Counted from the whole stretch's first letter, positions 1-12,870 are shown. The stretch is 63,924 nt of DNA, filler included, from Lama guanicoe (GCA_013239625.1; 212 parts of 212 records of this genome joined end to end with filler, not necessarily neighbours in it), one strand, 5' to 3'. Made by a program: numbers and translations. Notes: generated by a model from the letters alone, not told the origin.

Positions 1-69
1 CTGCCAGGGAGTGCGTGATGCAGTGCGGAGCGGAGTCCTGCACGTCTCCAAGGCTCTGCTCACTTTTCT

Positions 70-202
70 TCCTTCCTTTTCCTCTCCGTTCTTCAGATTG
101 CATAACCCCTATCGAGCTAGCTTCAAGTTAATGAATTCTTTTTTTCTGCCAAGTCAAACTTGCTGTTGATCCTCTCTAGTGAATTTTTGATCTCAGTTAT
201 TG
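70..202 (-). mobile_element. Old LINE-1 ORF1-region fragment
   Basis: CAAACTTGCTGTTGATCCTCTCTAGTGAATTTTTGATCTCAGTTATTG resembles antisense L1M ORF1 (recalled consensus). Confidence 0.6.
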
Positions 203-1510
203 NNNNNNNNNNNNNNNNNNNNNNNNNNNNNNNNNNNNNNNNNNNNTTAATTAATTAANNNNNNNNNNNNNNNNNNNNNNNNNNNNNNNNNNNNNNNNNN
301 NNCCGGCTGACCCGTGGTCACAGCAAAGCCATCAAGTGACACCCAGACACCAGGCACTGGTGCGGGGAGGGAAGGCCCGCTACGCCCACTTCCCTGTTCC
401 TCATTCCTCGTGCAAATCTGGGGCAGAGACAGCTGCCGGCTGAGCTTAGGCCAGGAGCGCACGTCAGATGGAAAGCAGGTCAGAACGGGGGCTGCTGGCG
501 TTCTNNNNNNNNNNNNNNNNNNNNNNNNNNNNNNNNNNNNNNNNNNNNTTAATTAATTAANNNNNNNNNNNNNNNNNNNNNNNNNNNNNNNNNNNNNNNN
601 NNNNCAAACTGCTCAGGTGGGTCTCCTGCTTTACCGGACCTGGCCACTGGGGCTGGGGGGAGCCAAGTGGGGCCCCTCCAGATCGTCCCGCCGGGTCACC
701 ATCCCCAGAGCCTTCACCCCGCCATCAACTGGGTCCTGGCACTGAAGTAGAACCACAACTGCCCTGGGCCAGGCCACACCCCGCCAGCCCCACTTCCCCT
801 GCTCATNNNNNNNNNNNNNNNNNNNNNNNNNNNNNNNNNNNNNNNNNNNNTTAATTAATTAANNNNNNNNNNNNNNNNNNNNNNNNNNNNNNNNNNNNNN
901 NNNNNNGGGGGTTTTTTTTAATGGTTTTTATGGGATTCTAAGGATCTGTTCAAATTACATACTCTAGAGAATCAACCACTTTGGTGGTGGTTTTGAGGGA
1001 ATGAGGGAGAGTATATGATAAGGACTTTGAGGTTTGAGGCTTGAGCACAAACTACATGTATCATAGTGCAATTTACTGAGATGAGGACTGTGAGAAAGGA
1101 ATGGATGTNNNNNNNNNNNNNNNNNNNNNNNNNNNNNNNNNNNNNNNNNNNNTTAATTAATTAANNNNNNNNNNNNNNNNNNNNNNNNNNNNNNNNNNNN
1201 NNNNNNNNTTCTTCAGAGATATCTCTGTGCCAGTCTCTTTAGAGGTCTCTCCTATGCATGCTCCCTGGCACGAGGTGAAAGAGAGAATGTGCAATGTTCT
1301 GTTTTCTTTTCAGTCTGAATCACTATGGATGTCTTTTTCCAATCAGAAGCAAGTAATTTCTACTTCTCTACAACTGACTGCCACTTAATTTTTTTTTCAG
1401 GAAATCTCATNNNNNNNNNNNNNNNNNNNNNNNNNNNNNNNNNNNNNNNNNNNNTTAATTAATTAANNNNNNNNNNNNNNNNNNNNNNNNNNNNNNNNNN
1501 NNNNNNNNNN

Positions 1511-1712
1511 GAAAGAATCTTGCAATAGGAAACTTACCCTGCAAGAAAGATTGAGAATTATTGACCCTGATGACAAAAGAAGCAGGATGACATAGAAATG
1601 AGAAAACCATCATTAGAAAGGCAATAACAGCAAGAATTTGCAAAAGAATAAACATAAAGTTGTAAACACAGCATCAAAATCATTAAGGATGGGAGAGGGA
1701 AGCCAAGATATA
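1511..1712 (+). mobile_element. Probable L1 ORF1-end/inter-ORF fragment
   Basis: A-rich and similar to contig 46509-46710 (AAGAAGCAGGATG...ATAGAAA..GAAAACCAT...CATCAAAAT..GGGAGAGGG). Confidence 0.45.
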
Positions 1713-3322
1713 NNNNNNNNNNNNNNNNNNNNNNNNNNNNNNNNNNNNNNNNNNNNTTAATTAATTAANNNNNNNNNNNNNNNNNNNNNNNNNNNNNNNN
1801 NNNNNNNNNNNNTATTTTGTTATGGTCTTTACTCTTCACCACAAACTAGTTCTTTTCATAGTCCAAGTCCTAATCACTCAAGAGAGTAAGTGGAGATAGG
1901 TACAGGGGAAAAAGTATTATTTTCTTCTTAATTCATACCTCCAGAGGCATAAAGCTTTCCATTCCCATTTGCTGGATTTTTTGCTGTCTCTTCATCACCC
2001 ACCCACCCCAAAATNNNNNNNNNNNNNNNNNNNNNNNNNNNNNNNNNNNNNNNNNNNNTTAATTAATTAANNNNNNNNNNNNNNNNNNNNNNNNNNNNNN
2101 NNNNNNNNNNNNNNTCTGCTTGGTCTTTATATGGCTCGCTTCTCTGTGTCCCTCTGGAAAGCCACCTCCTGGTCACGGTTCTCAGTCTCCTTTCTGTAGA
2201 ATGAGTGCAGAGGTCCCTACCTCACAGGGCTGCTCCCAGGTTCCCAGATCGAAAATGGGAGCAGGCTTTTTCCCACAGGAATGGCCTGTTTCTGTGAATT
2301 ATTGCCATCATCTTTANNNNNNNNNNNNNNNNNNNNNNNNNNNNNNNNNNNNNNNNNNNNTTAATTAATTAANNNNNNNNNNNNNNNNNNNNNNNNNNNN
2401 NNNNNNNNNNNNNNNNTACTGAATAGCATTGTTTGATGTAAGCCCCTGTCCAAGGTTAGAAGCACCAGATCAGAGAATCTTCTTTAATGGACTGTCATGC
2501 AGCCCTTAACTGATGTTGCAAAATGCTGTTTCATGAAATACCTTGAAGTACAATTTTTAAATTTAAAAGCATATTACCCAAGACTTCCCTGTGTTCCCTC
2601 TTTTATGAGGAGAGAAAGNNNNNNNNNNNNNNNNNNNNNNNNNNNNNNNNNNNNNNNNNNNNTTAATTAATTAANNNNNNNNNNNNNNNNNNNNNNNNNN
2701 NNNNNNNNNNNNNNNNNNTCTTTCAAACTCTACTCAACTTTTATGCCCATTTGTGTTGTTTTCAACTCGATTTCAAGTTTTAAATATTACATCATGTTCC
2801 GAAAAGCCTGTTTCTCCACAGGTTAAGTCAGTATCACCATACTAGAAGCAATAAGAGAAAAAGTAAGCTAGTGTGGCTACATAATTCAAGAATAAAAAAT
2901 CTTCACAGAGCAGTAAGCATNNNNNNNNNNNNNNNNNNNNNNNNNNNNNNNNNNNNNNNNNNNNTTAATTAATTAANNNNNNNNNNNNNNNNNNNNNNNN
3001 NNNNNNNNNNNNNNNNNNNNAGAGTCCCTGTCCCCTGTCACCCAACACACAGACAGGGGCAGGTGGGGAGAGAGATGTGCTCACCAAACACTTAACCTTC
3101 CTGTTTTGCTACTGAAGAGAAGAGTTTATAAATTGCCATTGTCTCACTGAGAATATACTGTTGTCTTGCTCATTGAGTTCTTACTATAAAGATAGTATTT
3201 TGCAACAAATTTCCATTTCAAANNNNNNNNNNNNNNNNNNNNNNNNNNNNNNNNNNNNNNNNNNNNTTAATTAATTAANNNNNNNNNNNNNNNNNNNNNN
3301 NNNNNNNNNNNNNNNNNNNNNN

Positions 3323-3524
3323 ATTCATTGGCATAAAGTTGTTTAAAGTGTCCTCTTGTTATCTTTTTGACGTTTGTGGTATCTATAGTGCCATCCCTTC
3401 TTATTATATCTAATATTGATATATTTTCTGTGTTTTTTTTTCTTGATGTATCTTGCTAGTCCTTTTTTTGACCAATTTTTGGCTCTGTGGATTTTGTTTG
3501 CTTTCTGTTTCATTAATTTGTGCT
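3323..3524 (-). mobile_element. Old LINE-1 ORF2 fragment
   Basis: T-rich antisense L1 pattern (ATTGGCATAAAGTTGTT...TTTGCTTTCTGTTTCATTAATTTGTGCT). Confidence 0.6.
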
Positions 3525-3926
3525 NNNNNNNNNNNNNNNNNNNNNNNNNNNNNNNNNNNNNNNNNNNNTTAATTAATTAANNNNNNNNNNNNNNNNNNNN
3601 NNNNNNNNNNNNNNNNNNNNNNNNATTTGACCAGACGGGTCCTCCTGATTTTACTTCTGCATTTTTAGTTTCAGTGGAAGGGTGTGGCGGCTAAAAAGAA
3701 ACTGAAAATCCTTTGTACAGACGACTGCATTCAACACTGCAGGCAGGGGCTGAGCGCCGACTGTCCCTGCTTGGACGGCCACCTTTCTCTTCAGGCAACT
3801 TGGGACATTTTTTTGCTTCTTCTGAANNNNNNNNNNNNNNNNNNNNNNNNNNNNNNNNNNNNNNNNNNNNTTAATTAATTAANNNNNNNNNNNNNNNNNN
3901 NNNNNNNNNNNNNNNNNNNNNNNNNN

Positions 3927-4128
3927 GATGTTTACTTTGAAATCCACCATTCCTTGGATACCTGTCATGGTTTGTAAAAGAGACTGACAGCTCCATTATC
4001 TCTGAAATGCCTGTGTGTAATTCTTATTAGTGTGAGCAGGACTTGTAGCAGCAAGGCAATTTGAGATTATAGTCTTTCTTCTTGCTCTAAAGAGTGATGC
4101 TGAAAATTGGCTTTCAGGTAAACAGTAA
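3927..4128 (+). repeat. Near-identical contig pair A, copy 1 (partner 28691-28892)
   Basis: Same start and end as partner, 6 substitutions, no indels. Confidence 0.97.
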
Positions 4129-4832
4129 NNNNNNNNNNNNNNNNNNNNNNNNNNNNNNNNNNNNNNNNNNNNTTAATTAATTAANNNNNNNNNNNNNNNN
4201 NNNNNNNNNNNNNNNNNNNNNNNNNNNNGCCCAAACCACCTTGTTCCTGAGAAACTGGAGGGAAAAGATGCTGAAAAGGCAGGCTAGGGTCAGATTCTGT
4301 CATGGGTTATGAGTAACAGGAAAGGACTGTTTAGGCAGGCACGAGAGAACCCTGTGGTCGTCCCAGCTGGGGCGTCACGCGGAAGGGAAGAGCAGAGTTA
4401 CAGACTTTGCCCCTTATTAGCTCTGTAACTNNNNNNNNNNNNNNNNNNNNNNNNNNNNNNNNNNNNNNNNNNNNTTAATTAATTAANNNNNNNNNNNNNN
4501 NNNNNNNNNNNNNNNNNNNNNNNNNNNNNNATTTTTATTTAAGCATGTATGTGTGTGTAGCAAGCATTTATTAGTGTACAATATTTCATCTTGAGGTTGA
4601 AAGGCTAGATAATTCTTAGAAGGGATATTAAACTTTCCCACGCAAGCATTCTTAGACTCAAATGCTTCGAGGTACCAGAGAAGAAAGGAAATGAATGAAA
4701 TGGTTGTGGGCACAGTGGCTGAAGAGCCCTTGNNNNNNNNNNNNNNNNNNNNNNNNNNNNNNNNNNNNNNNNNNNNTTAATTAATTAANNNNNNNNNNNN
4801 NNNNNNNNNNNNNNNNNNNNNNNNNNNNNNNN

Positions 4833-5034
4833 CTTGTATGAGCTCTTTATGTGCTTTGGATGTTGACTGCTGTGTCATTTGCAGGTAGCTTCTCCTGCTC
4901 AGTAGGTGGCAGTTTGTTTTGTTGAGTTCCTGTCTCTGTGTGAAAACTGTCCGTTGCTGTAGTCCCACTTATTTTTACTTCTGACTCCCTTGCCTGAAGA
5001 GCTTGACCCAAGTTAAATATTGGTAAGACTGACG
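4833..5034 (-). mobile_element. LINE-1 ORF2 3' fragment
   Basis: TGTATGAGCTCTTTATGTGCTTTGGATGTT...GTAGTCCCACTTATTTTTACTT matches the antisense L1 ORF2 C-terminal region. Confidence 0.65.
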
Positions 5035-8000
5035 NNNNNNNNNNNNNNNNNNNNNNNNNNNNNNNNNNNNNNNNNNNNTTAATTAATTAANNNNNNNNNN
5101 NNNNNNNNNNNNNNNNNNNNNNNNNNNNNNNNNNACATAAGTCATAACCATATAGGAAGAGAAAATTGTAGGAAGTACATGGCCAGCTGGTGAAGAAAGA
5201 CACTTAGTCTGCGAGCTTTCCTCACACCACCTTACGGTCTAATTATTTCATGCATGTTTGAGATAGGTCAATGTGCTAAGCAGCGACGTAATGGCTATTT
5301 TTTTTCTGCTTTATATTATGCAAGATTTTAAATCTANNNNNNNNNNNNNNNNNNNNNNNNNNNNNNNNNNNNNNNNNNNNTTAATTAATTAANNNNNNNN
5401 NNNNNNNNNNNNNNNNNNNNNNNNNNNNNNNNNNNNAGAAGAATCAATAACCAGATGAGGGAGAAATTCTTTCTGTCCTCCCGGGCCCCAGAGAAACCTG
5501 GGCAGGCCTGGGGAGAGGTGGATCCCAGTGGAGGGCCTCAGTCACAGGGAGGTGGGACCAGAAGGTTGGCTGGCCCCAGTCCCGGGGCTGCAGGCCCTAC
5601 TGGAGAGCACCCCGTGGGCCGGAGCGGGTGCCCAGCCCNNNNNNNNNNNNNNNNNNNNNNNNNNNNNNNNNNNNNNNNNNNNTTAATTAATTAANNNNNN
5701 NNNNNNNNNNNNNNNNNNNNNNNNNNNNNNNNNNNNNNCCTAGATAGAAATCGTAAGACACAGTCTGTGCGGATATAAATGGTACTCCGGCTACTACTTT
5801 ATGACGATGATGCTGTTTTGTTTTGTAGAAAGGTCAAGGCCTAGGGCCAAACTACTACATTACAAATGAAATTCTCTTCCACCTTCCCCCAGGCAGCTAT
5901 ACGAAACACCCCTTTGCCTAGGTTCTGGCATCTAGTCCCTNNNNNNNNNNNNNNNNNNNNNNNNNNNNNNNNNNNNNNNNNNNNTTAATTAATTAANNNN
6001 NNNNNNNNNNNNNNNNNNNNNNNNNNNNNNNNNNNNNNNNCTGGAGGTTAAGAAGAATACTGGTTTAGGGTCTGGATTTGGGATTGACTTCCTACTGATG
6101 GTAGGAGCCATTGTGGGAAATCTGAGTTTCTGGTAAGTGCCCTGGTGGTATGACCACTGGTCCCCGATCAAGCAGGTTCTATGACAGGGTTCGCAGCACT
6201 GTTCCCAGAGCATGGCCTCTAGCCTGATTCTTGAACACTCCCNNNNNNNNNNNNNNNNNNNNNNNNNNNNNNNNNNNNNNNNNNNNTTAATTAATTAANN
6301 NNNNNNNNNNNNNNNNNNNNNNNNNNNNNNNNNNNNNNNNNNTACTTTTTCTCCCTGCTTCTTCAGAGCATGTTCTACCTGCAAGGTTACCTGCTGCCGG
6401 ACAACCTGACTGCCCGGGATCTCCCTCATTCCCATAAGTTTGCTTTGCTGGCCTTTAGACCGCCTTCGCTTGGCTTCTCTTGCCTTTCTGGGGCTGTTGC
6501 TCATGGGGTGGGTTTTCTGATCCCACCCTCCACATCTCACTGGGNNNNNNNNNNNNNNNNNNNNNNNNNNNNNNNNNNNNNNNNNNNNTTAATTAATTAA
6601 NNNNNNNNNNNNNNNNNNNNNNNNNNNNNNNNNNNNNNNNNNNNGGAGGTGTCTCCCCTTCTACCTTCCCAGGAACTTAACGTCTCCTTCAAACACTCCC
6701 TCACTACTGTCTACTTTGCATGACCCCTTAAACATGCTCAAATTGCTTCCGTTAAAAAAAAAAAAAGGCACCTTAATCCCAAGCACACTTTAGCTATGGC
6801 CCTGTCTCCCTACCACCCTTCAGGTCCATCCAGAGTTTTTTATTTTNNNNNNNNNNNNNNNNNNNNNNNNNNNNNNNNNNNNNNNNNNNNTTAATTAATT
6901 AANNNNNNNNNNNNNNNNNNNNNNNNNNNNNNNNNNNNNNNNNNNNAAAATAACCCATCTGACTTTCTGCCAAGCAAGCCCATATCCTTATTAAACTCGC
7001 CTGTCCATCCCTGCCGGCCTGGACCAGGGGAGCTGAAAGTTGATGGAGGAAATTACACCGTCAGGATAGCTGAAATCACCTTAACTTTATGACCGTGAGT
7101 ATCAGCTAGGCACTCAGCACTGTCAGAAATTACACTTCCCACGCCACCNNNNNNNNNNNNNNNNNNNNNNNNNNNNNNNNNNNNNNNNNNNNTTAATTAA
7201 TTAANNNNNNNNNNNNNNNNNNNNNNNNNNNNNNNNNNNNNNNNNNNNACCTAGCTCGAGAACCAGGACCCCCTCCATCAGGAATTTAGCCCTCTCTTTC
7301 AGGTCTAGATGCAACTTCTGATGATCCAGTGATGTATGAAAATAGAAAAAAATATTTGCTGCCAGTACATCATCATGACGGAGAAACAGTAGGATCATAA
7401 AGTTTGAACCCTTCCTTTCAGAAAGAGCTGATGGGAGCATTCATCAGTCANNNNNNNNNNNNNNNNNNNNNNNNNNNNNNNNNNNNNNNNNNNNTTAATT
7501 AATTAANNNNNNNNNNNNNNNNNNNNNNNNNNNNNNNNNNNNNNNNNNNNGATGAAATACAAAATACTATTACATTGGTTTAAACGGAAAAATATAAAAC
7601 CTAGCAATTGCTTTTCCCTAGTAAACATATCTTTCCCTCTATATCCACATCCACATTTATATTTCTATCTGGAGAGGCTAAAGATAAAAGTATGACAAAT
7701 ATCAGTCTGGATAGTGCTTTTAATGCCAGACAAAATAGATTTTAAGGCTCAANNNNNNNNNNNNNNNNNNNNNNNNNNNNNNNNNNNNNNNNNNNNTTAA
7801 TTAATTAANNNNNNNNNNNNNNNNNNNNNNNNNNNNNNNNNNNNNNNNNNNNTCTCCTGCCCAATTTGGAGGGCACTACATCAGAGCCAAGTGAAATTCT
7901 CTATATTGAGAATTTAGGGTGGGACTAAAACTAAGTTAGCTTTCTGGTAAATTTTAGATTTACGTTTTGTGATAATTTTGGAGACATTGTTACAACCTCT

Positions 8001-8154
8001 GGGGTAATGAAAGTAGTTGTGATTTTAAGCTTTCAGTGTTGGATGAAGGGTTATNNNNNNNNNNNNNNNNNNNNNNNNNNNNNNNNNNNNNNNNNNNNTT
8101 AATTAATTAANNNNNNNNNNNNNNNNNNNNNNNNNNNNNNNNNNNNNNNNNNNN

Positions 8155-8356
8155 TGTTTCTTTCAGTCCTTTTAAGACTTTATATCACTGGCTCTGACTT
8201 GTAAATTTGCTGACAAACTGGCCATTGTGATCTTTGTTTTCGCTTCCCTCTAGATAATGTTCCCTTTCTGCTGTGGCTGAATTCAAGATACTTTTTTTAA
8301 TCTTCGCTTTTCAGCAACTTAATTATCATTATACTTGGTGTGTTTAGTTATCATAG
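8155..8356 (-). mobile_element. Old LINE-1 ORF1 fragment
   Basis: TTCAAGATACTTTTTTTAATCTTCGCTTTTCAGCAACTTAATTATC resembles antisense L1M ORF1. Confidence 0.55.
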
Positions 8357-8489
8357 NNNNNNNNNNNNNNNNNNNNNNNNNNNNNNNNNNNNNNNNNNNN
8401 TTAATTAATTAANNNNNNNNNNNNNNNNNNNNNNNNNNNNNNNNNNNNNNNNNNNNTGGTCTCGAGAGAGGCAGCCTCTTGAATAGATC

Positions 8490-8640
8490 ACGGCCGTCTC
8501 ACTCCGCCTCTGAACCTTGGTTTCCTTACTGCAAACGGGGAACCGCCTGTGCAGAGCCGTGGTTGAGAAGGGATGCACTTGGTGAAGAGCTCTGGCCTCA
8601 ATCCACAGCGCCCACTATGATGGTTATTCGTGTTATTCTG
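8490..8640 (+). mobile_element. MIR SINE remnant
   Basis: CCTCTGAACCTTGGTTTCCTTACTGCAAACGGGG resembles the MIR core. Confidence 0.55.
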
Positions 8641-9664
8641 GGTGTGGACAGGGCTGTGNNNNNNNNNNNNNNNNNNNNNNNNNNNNNNNNNNNNNNNNNN
8701 NNTTAATTAATTAANNNNNNNNNNNNNNNNNNNNNNNNNNNNNNNNNNNNNNNNNNNNCTTACTTGTAGTAAGACCTGAAATGTCATTTGAAATTATTCC
8801 TGTACTTTTCAAGAAAATATGATGTTATAATTTTGTTTTAAAACAAATGATCAAAAATACAAGAACATAAAAAAAATGAAAGGGTAAATAACAGGAAGTC
8901 TGAATAACAACATTGAACTAATTGACCTTTCTGATATCATGGAAATTAAGTTTCTATAAGNNNNNNNNNNNNNNNNNNNNNNNNNNNNNNNNNNNNNNNN
9001 NNNNTTAATTAATTAANNNNNNNNNNNNNNNNNNNNNNNNNNNNNNNNNNNNNNNNNNNNAACAAATGTCTACCTGTTAAACACAGTGAGCTTACAAGAA
9101 CAATGAAATAAAAAAAAAAAAATCTAAGGGTACACACATGGCTGTTGGCCAAAAAAAAAAAGTCTGCTTTATGAAAATCATGGTTAAGACCAATTCTGTT
9201 TATATAAGTCCCCCCACCACACCTGTCTTTCTGATTTGTGCCAAATGAACTGTGTGATTGTANNNNNNNNNNNNNNNNNNNNNNNNNNNNNNNNNNNNNN
9301 NNNNNNTTAATTAATTAANNNNNNNNNNNNNNNNNNNNNNNNNNNNNNNNNNNNNNNNNNNNGTAATTTGGGAATTCATAAACTTGGCTAGTATGTATTG
9401 CTTTAAAAAAATATGATGCAGGCACTATAATATGTAAATGGATCTTAAAGAGAAAAGTAAGTTGTTGCCCATGAAGCTCTTCCAGTGGGATGTAGTGCAG
9501 ATTGGCCCAATTTTGTAAACATTTGCAATATAAAAGGACCTAGCGTGGTTAGAGAGGACCGTGCNNNNNNNNNNNNNNNNNNNNNNNNNNNNNNNNNNNN
9601 NNNNNNNNTTAATTAATTAANNNNNNNNNNNNNNNNNNNNNNNNNNNNNNNNNNNNNNNNNNNN

Positions 9665-9866
9665 TTTCCAGGTTTACACATGTTGCAGCACATATCAGTA
9701 CTTAATTTACTTTTATTGCTGAATGATATTCTATTGTCTGGATGTTTTGTTTATCTGTTCATCAGTCGATGAATGCTTGAGTTATTTCTATTTTAGCTAT
9801 TGTGAATATTGCTGCTGTAAATGATTGTGACTGTTTGGGGACAGATATATTTATTTCTTATGGGAA
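9665..9866 (-). mobile_element. LINE-1 3' region fragment
   Basis: TTTTATTGCTGAATGATATTCTATTGT...TTATCTGTTCATCAGTCGATG...TATTGTGAATATTGCTGCT is typical of antisense L1M. Confidence 0.75.
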
Positions 9867-10019
9867 NNNNNNNNNNNNNNNNNNNNNNNNNNNNNNNNNN
9901 NNNNNNNNNNTTAATTAATTAANNNNNNNNNNNNNNNNNNNNNNNNNNNNNNNNNNNNNNNNNNNNTCAGATCCACACTGTCCCCCTCTTACCCTAGAAA
10001 AGTTCTGAGCAGAACAGTA

Positions 10020-10168
10020 AAATATATATATTTTTAAAAATTAAAATATAATCTAAAACATATTATTTATATTATATAAATAATAAAAATAAATAAATAT
10101 AAATATAAATGTAATAAATATAAAAATTATATTTTATATAAATGCATTTATATTATAAAATAATAATA
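10020..10168. repeat. AT-rich low-complexity tract
   Basis: Almost entirely A/T for about 150 bp. Confidence 0.85.
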
Positions 10169-10268
10169 NNNNNNNNNNNNNNNNNNNNNNNNNNNNNNNN
10201 NNNNNNNNNNNNTTAATTAATTAANNNNNNNNNNNNNNNNNNNNNNNNNNNNNNNNNNNNNNNNNNNN

Positions 10269-10368
10269 TTGTGGTAATCTATCAATATATGTAAATCAAG
10301 TCATTCTGTAAACCTTATACGTATACAGTGTTATATGTTGATTATATCTCAATAGTACTGAAAAAAAT
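10269..10368 (+). mobile_element. L1MB-type 3' terminus
   Basis: ACCTTATACGTATACAGTGTTATATGTTGATTATATCTCAATA followed by an A-run. Confidence 0.65.
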
Positions 10369-10570
10369 TTAAGTACTTACTGTCAAGAAATTAACATGCA
10401 TACAGTTAAATTTAATTACATGGGTTATAGAATATATGTTAAAGATGTTTTTAATGAAAGTGTGATCCATNNNNNNNNNNNNNNNNNNNNNNNNNNNNNN
10501 NNNNNNNNNNNNNNTTAATTAATTAANNNNNNNNNNNNNNNNNNNNNNNNNNNNNNNNNNNNNNNNNNNN

Positions 10571-10772
10571 GTTAGAGGGGAAGGAGCAATGAATGAGGTG
10601 CAGCACGGAGCACTTTTAGGGTCACTAAGATTACTCTGTATGATGCTGTGGTGTTGGATATGTGTCATTATACATCTGTCCCAACCCAGACTGCACACCA
10701 CTAAGCATAAATCCTAGTGTCATGTATGGGCTCTGGGTGATGATGACGTGTCAGTGTAGGTTCACCCATTGT
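10571..10772 (+). mobile_element. L1MC/L1MD-type 3' UTR fragment
   Basis: CTGTATGATGCTGTGGTGTTGGATATGTGTCATTATACAT...GGGTGATGATGACGTGTCAGTGTAGGTTCA. Confidence 0.7.
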
Positions 10773-11174
10773 NNNNNNNNNNNNNNNNNNNNNNNNNNNN
10801 NNNNNNNNNNNNNNNNTTAATTAATTAANNNNNNNNNNNNNNNNNNNNNNNNNNNNNNNNNNNNNNNNNNNNAAGGACTCTTTTCTCATAAAGCTGACAT
10901 TTGAGAGGGAGGGTGACAGCAAATAAATAAATAAACAAATAAGTAAATAAATAGACAGACAAATATCCACGATAATTTAAAACGATGAACGATTGGTTCT
11001 GTGGATAAAACCACGTAGCAGGAACGCTGGTTGGGATTAATGTGATGAATGAACGCCTCCGGGGAGGTACCACTNNNNNNNNNNNNNNNNNNNNNNNNNN
11101 NNNNNNNNNNNNNNNNNNTTAATTAATTAANNNNNNNNNNNNNNNNNNNNNNNNNNNNNNNNNNNNNNNNNNNN

Positions 11175-11277
11175 CGCCATGACGCCGCGGCGGAGGGAGG
11201 GGCGGGGCCGGGCCGGGCCGAGGGGGGCGCGAGCGGCGGGAGCGACGGTCCCGCGGCAGCAGCGGGCGGCGCGGCGG
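11175..11277 (+). promoter_or_regulatory. CpG island / GC-box region upstream of the LRRFIP1 ATG
   Basis: Very GC- and CpG-rich with GGGGCGGGGC near 11199-11208. Confidence 0.8.
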
Positions 11278-11373
11278 ATGGACATGGGCACCCAGGGCTC
11301 GGGGCGCAAACGGCTCCCCAACCGGGAGCGGCTGACGGCGGAGGACGACGCGCTGAACCAGATCGCGCGTGAG
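11278..11373 (+). CDS. LRRFIP1: LRRFIP1 first coding exon (MDMGTQGSGRKRLPNRERLTAEDDALNQIARE), followed by a GT donor at 11374
   Basis: The peptide matches the recalled N-terminus of the mammalian LRRFIP1 isoform starting MDMGTQGSGRK. The paralogue LRRFIP2 reads MGTPASGRKRTP. GAG|GTG phase-0 junction in a CpG-island context. Confidence 0.92.
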
Positions 11374-12779
11374 GTGNNNNNNNNNNNNNNNNNNNNNNNN
11401 NNNNNNNNNNNNNNNNNNNNTTAATTAATTAANNNNNNNNNNNNNNNNNNNNNNNNNNNNNNNNNNNNNNNNNNNNTGGCAAACCCATATCTGAAATATA
11501 TACCAAGTCTAGGAAGGATAAATCACTTCCCCTCCAAGGTGGAAGGTTTTGATATAGTCAATCTGCTATCATTTAGCTTGGTCTTCCCAAGAAATGGTGC
11601 CATATTAAGAGCTCAGTGTCATTCTCTATTGTTGGTATATTGGGACTCGGCTATGCCATTAACTAGATCACTTTTGCTNNNNNNNNNNNNNNNNNNNNNN
11701 NNNNNNNNNNNNNNNNNNNNNNTTAATTAATTAANNNNNNNNNNNNNNNNNNNNNNNNNNNNNNNNNNNNNNNNNNNNAAATGGAGATCAAAAAACTCAG
11801 GAACCAAGATAAATAATATTTTAATGCCATATTTTTACAAAAACTAAAGATTAATATGAAATTCAGAATAAACAGACTATAAAAATGTTTAATAAAAATA
11901 TAATCCAGAGTGACATCCACATTATTGTGGTATAAGATGTATCTCATATTTTCCTTTTGTTAACATCTGAAATTTGGGATNNNNNNNNNNNNNNNNNNNN
12001 NNNNNNNNNNNNNNNNNNNNNNNNTTAATTAATTAANNNNNNNNNNNNNNNNNNNNNNNNNNNNNNNNNNNNNNNNNNNNTCTTTTGTCTAGTTTCTCTT
12101 TATTCCAGTGGGGAAATTTTTTTAATTGGGAAAATATTTGCCGGTCTGTCTCAACTGATTGAATGGTTATACTTTACTTTGCTTCTTTCTTGGGCTATTA
12201 TTTTGTAGCCATAAGTACCTTTCTTGCAGTATTATTCAGTGTTACCAGTACTTCTTTTCTTGTAGCATTTCTCATCTCAGCANNNNNNNNNNNNNNNNNN
12301 NNNNNNNNNNNNNNNNNNNNNNNNNNTTAATTAATTAANNNNNNNNNNNNNNNNNNNNNNNNNNNNNNNNNNNNNNNNNNNNAGGGCCCCCTTTATTGGA
12401 AAAACAAGTTTTTACATTATAAAAATAATATTCTGTCTTTAAAGTTGGACGTTTTGAACAGTCAGAAGGAAACAAACTAGCTAGTCTGTATCGATGTATC
12501 TATTTATTCATATGTTCAAATATATATAGAGAGGTGGGGGGGCCACTGTTAACATTTTTGGGAACTTACCTCCAGCTGTTTTGTNNNNNNNNNNNNNNNN
12601 NNNNNNNNNNNNNNNNNNNNNNNNNNNNTTAATTAATTAANNNNNNNNNNNNNNNNNNNNNNNNNNNNNNNNNNNNNNNNNNNNACCAAGAAGCATAACT
12701 CCTGAATCTTACGAACATTAATTTTTCAAAAGCTAAAACCTATTATTAATACCATGGTCACACAGTCCCTGGCATAGCC

Positions 12780-12870
12780 ACTTATTCAGTGACATTGATT
12801 AAGCACTCAGTATGTGTCAGCCACTGAGAATTCACCCGTAGACAAAACAGATGAGATTCCTGTCTTAAGA
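12780..12870. mobile_element. L2 3'-end remnant
   Basis: ATTCAGTGACATTGATTAAGCACTCAGTATGTGTCAG...AGACAAAACAGATGAGATTCCTGTC. Confidence 0.5.

Noticed and set aside
247..258. TTAA piggyBac target sites, homeodomain sites or PacI sites
   Set aside because: They occur at fixed positions within the artificial linker and are not genomic sequence.
7249..7450. Coding-like composition (plus strand LAREPGPPPSGI*PSLSGLDATSDDPVM..., and a 64-codon open minus frame), possibly a processed pseudogene
   Set aside because: I could not recognise a parent protein. A blastx search would settle it.
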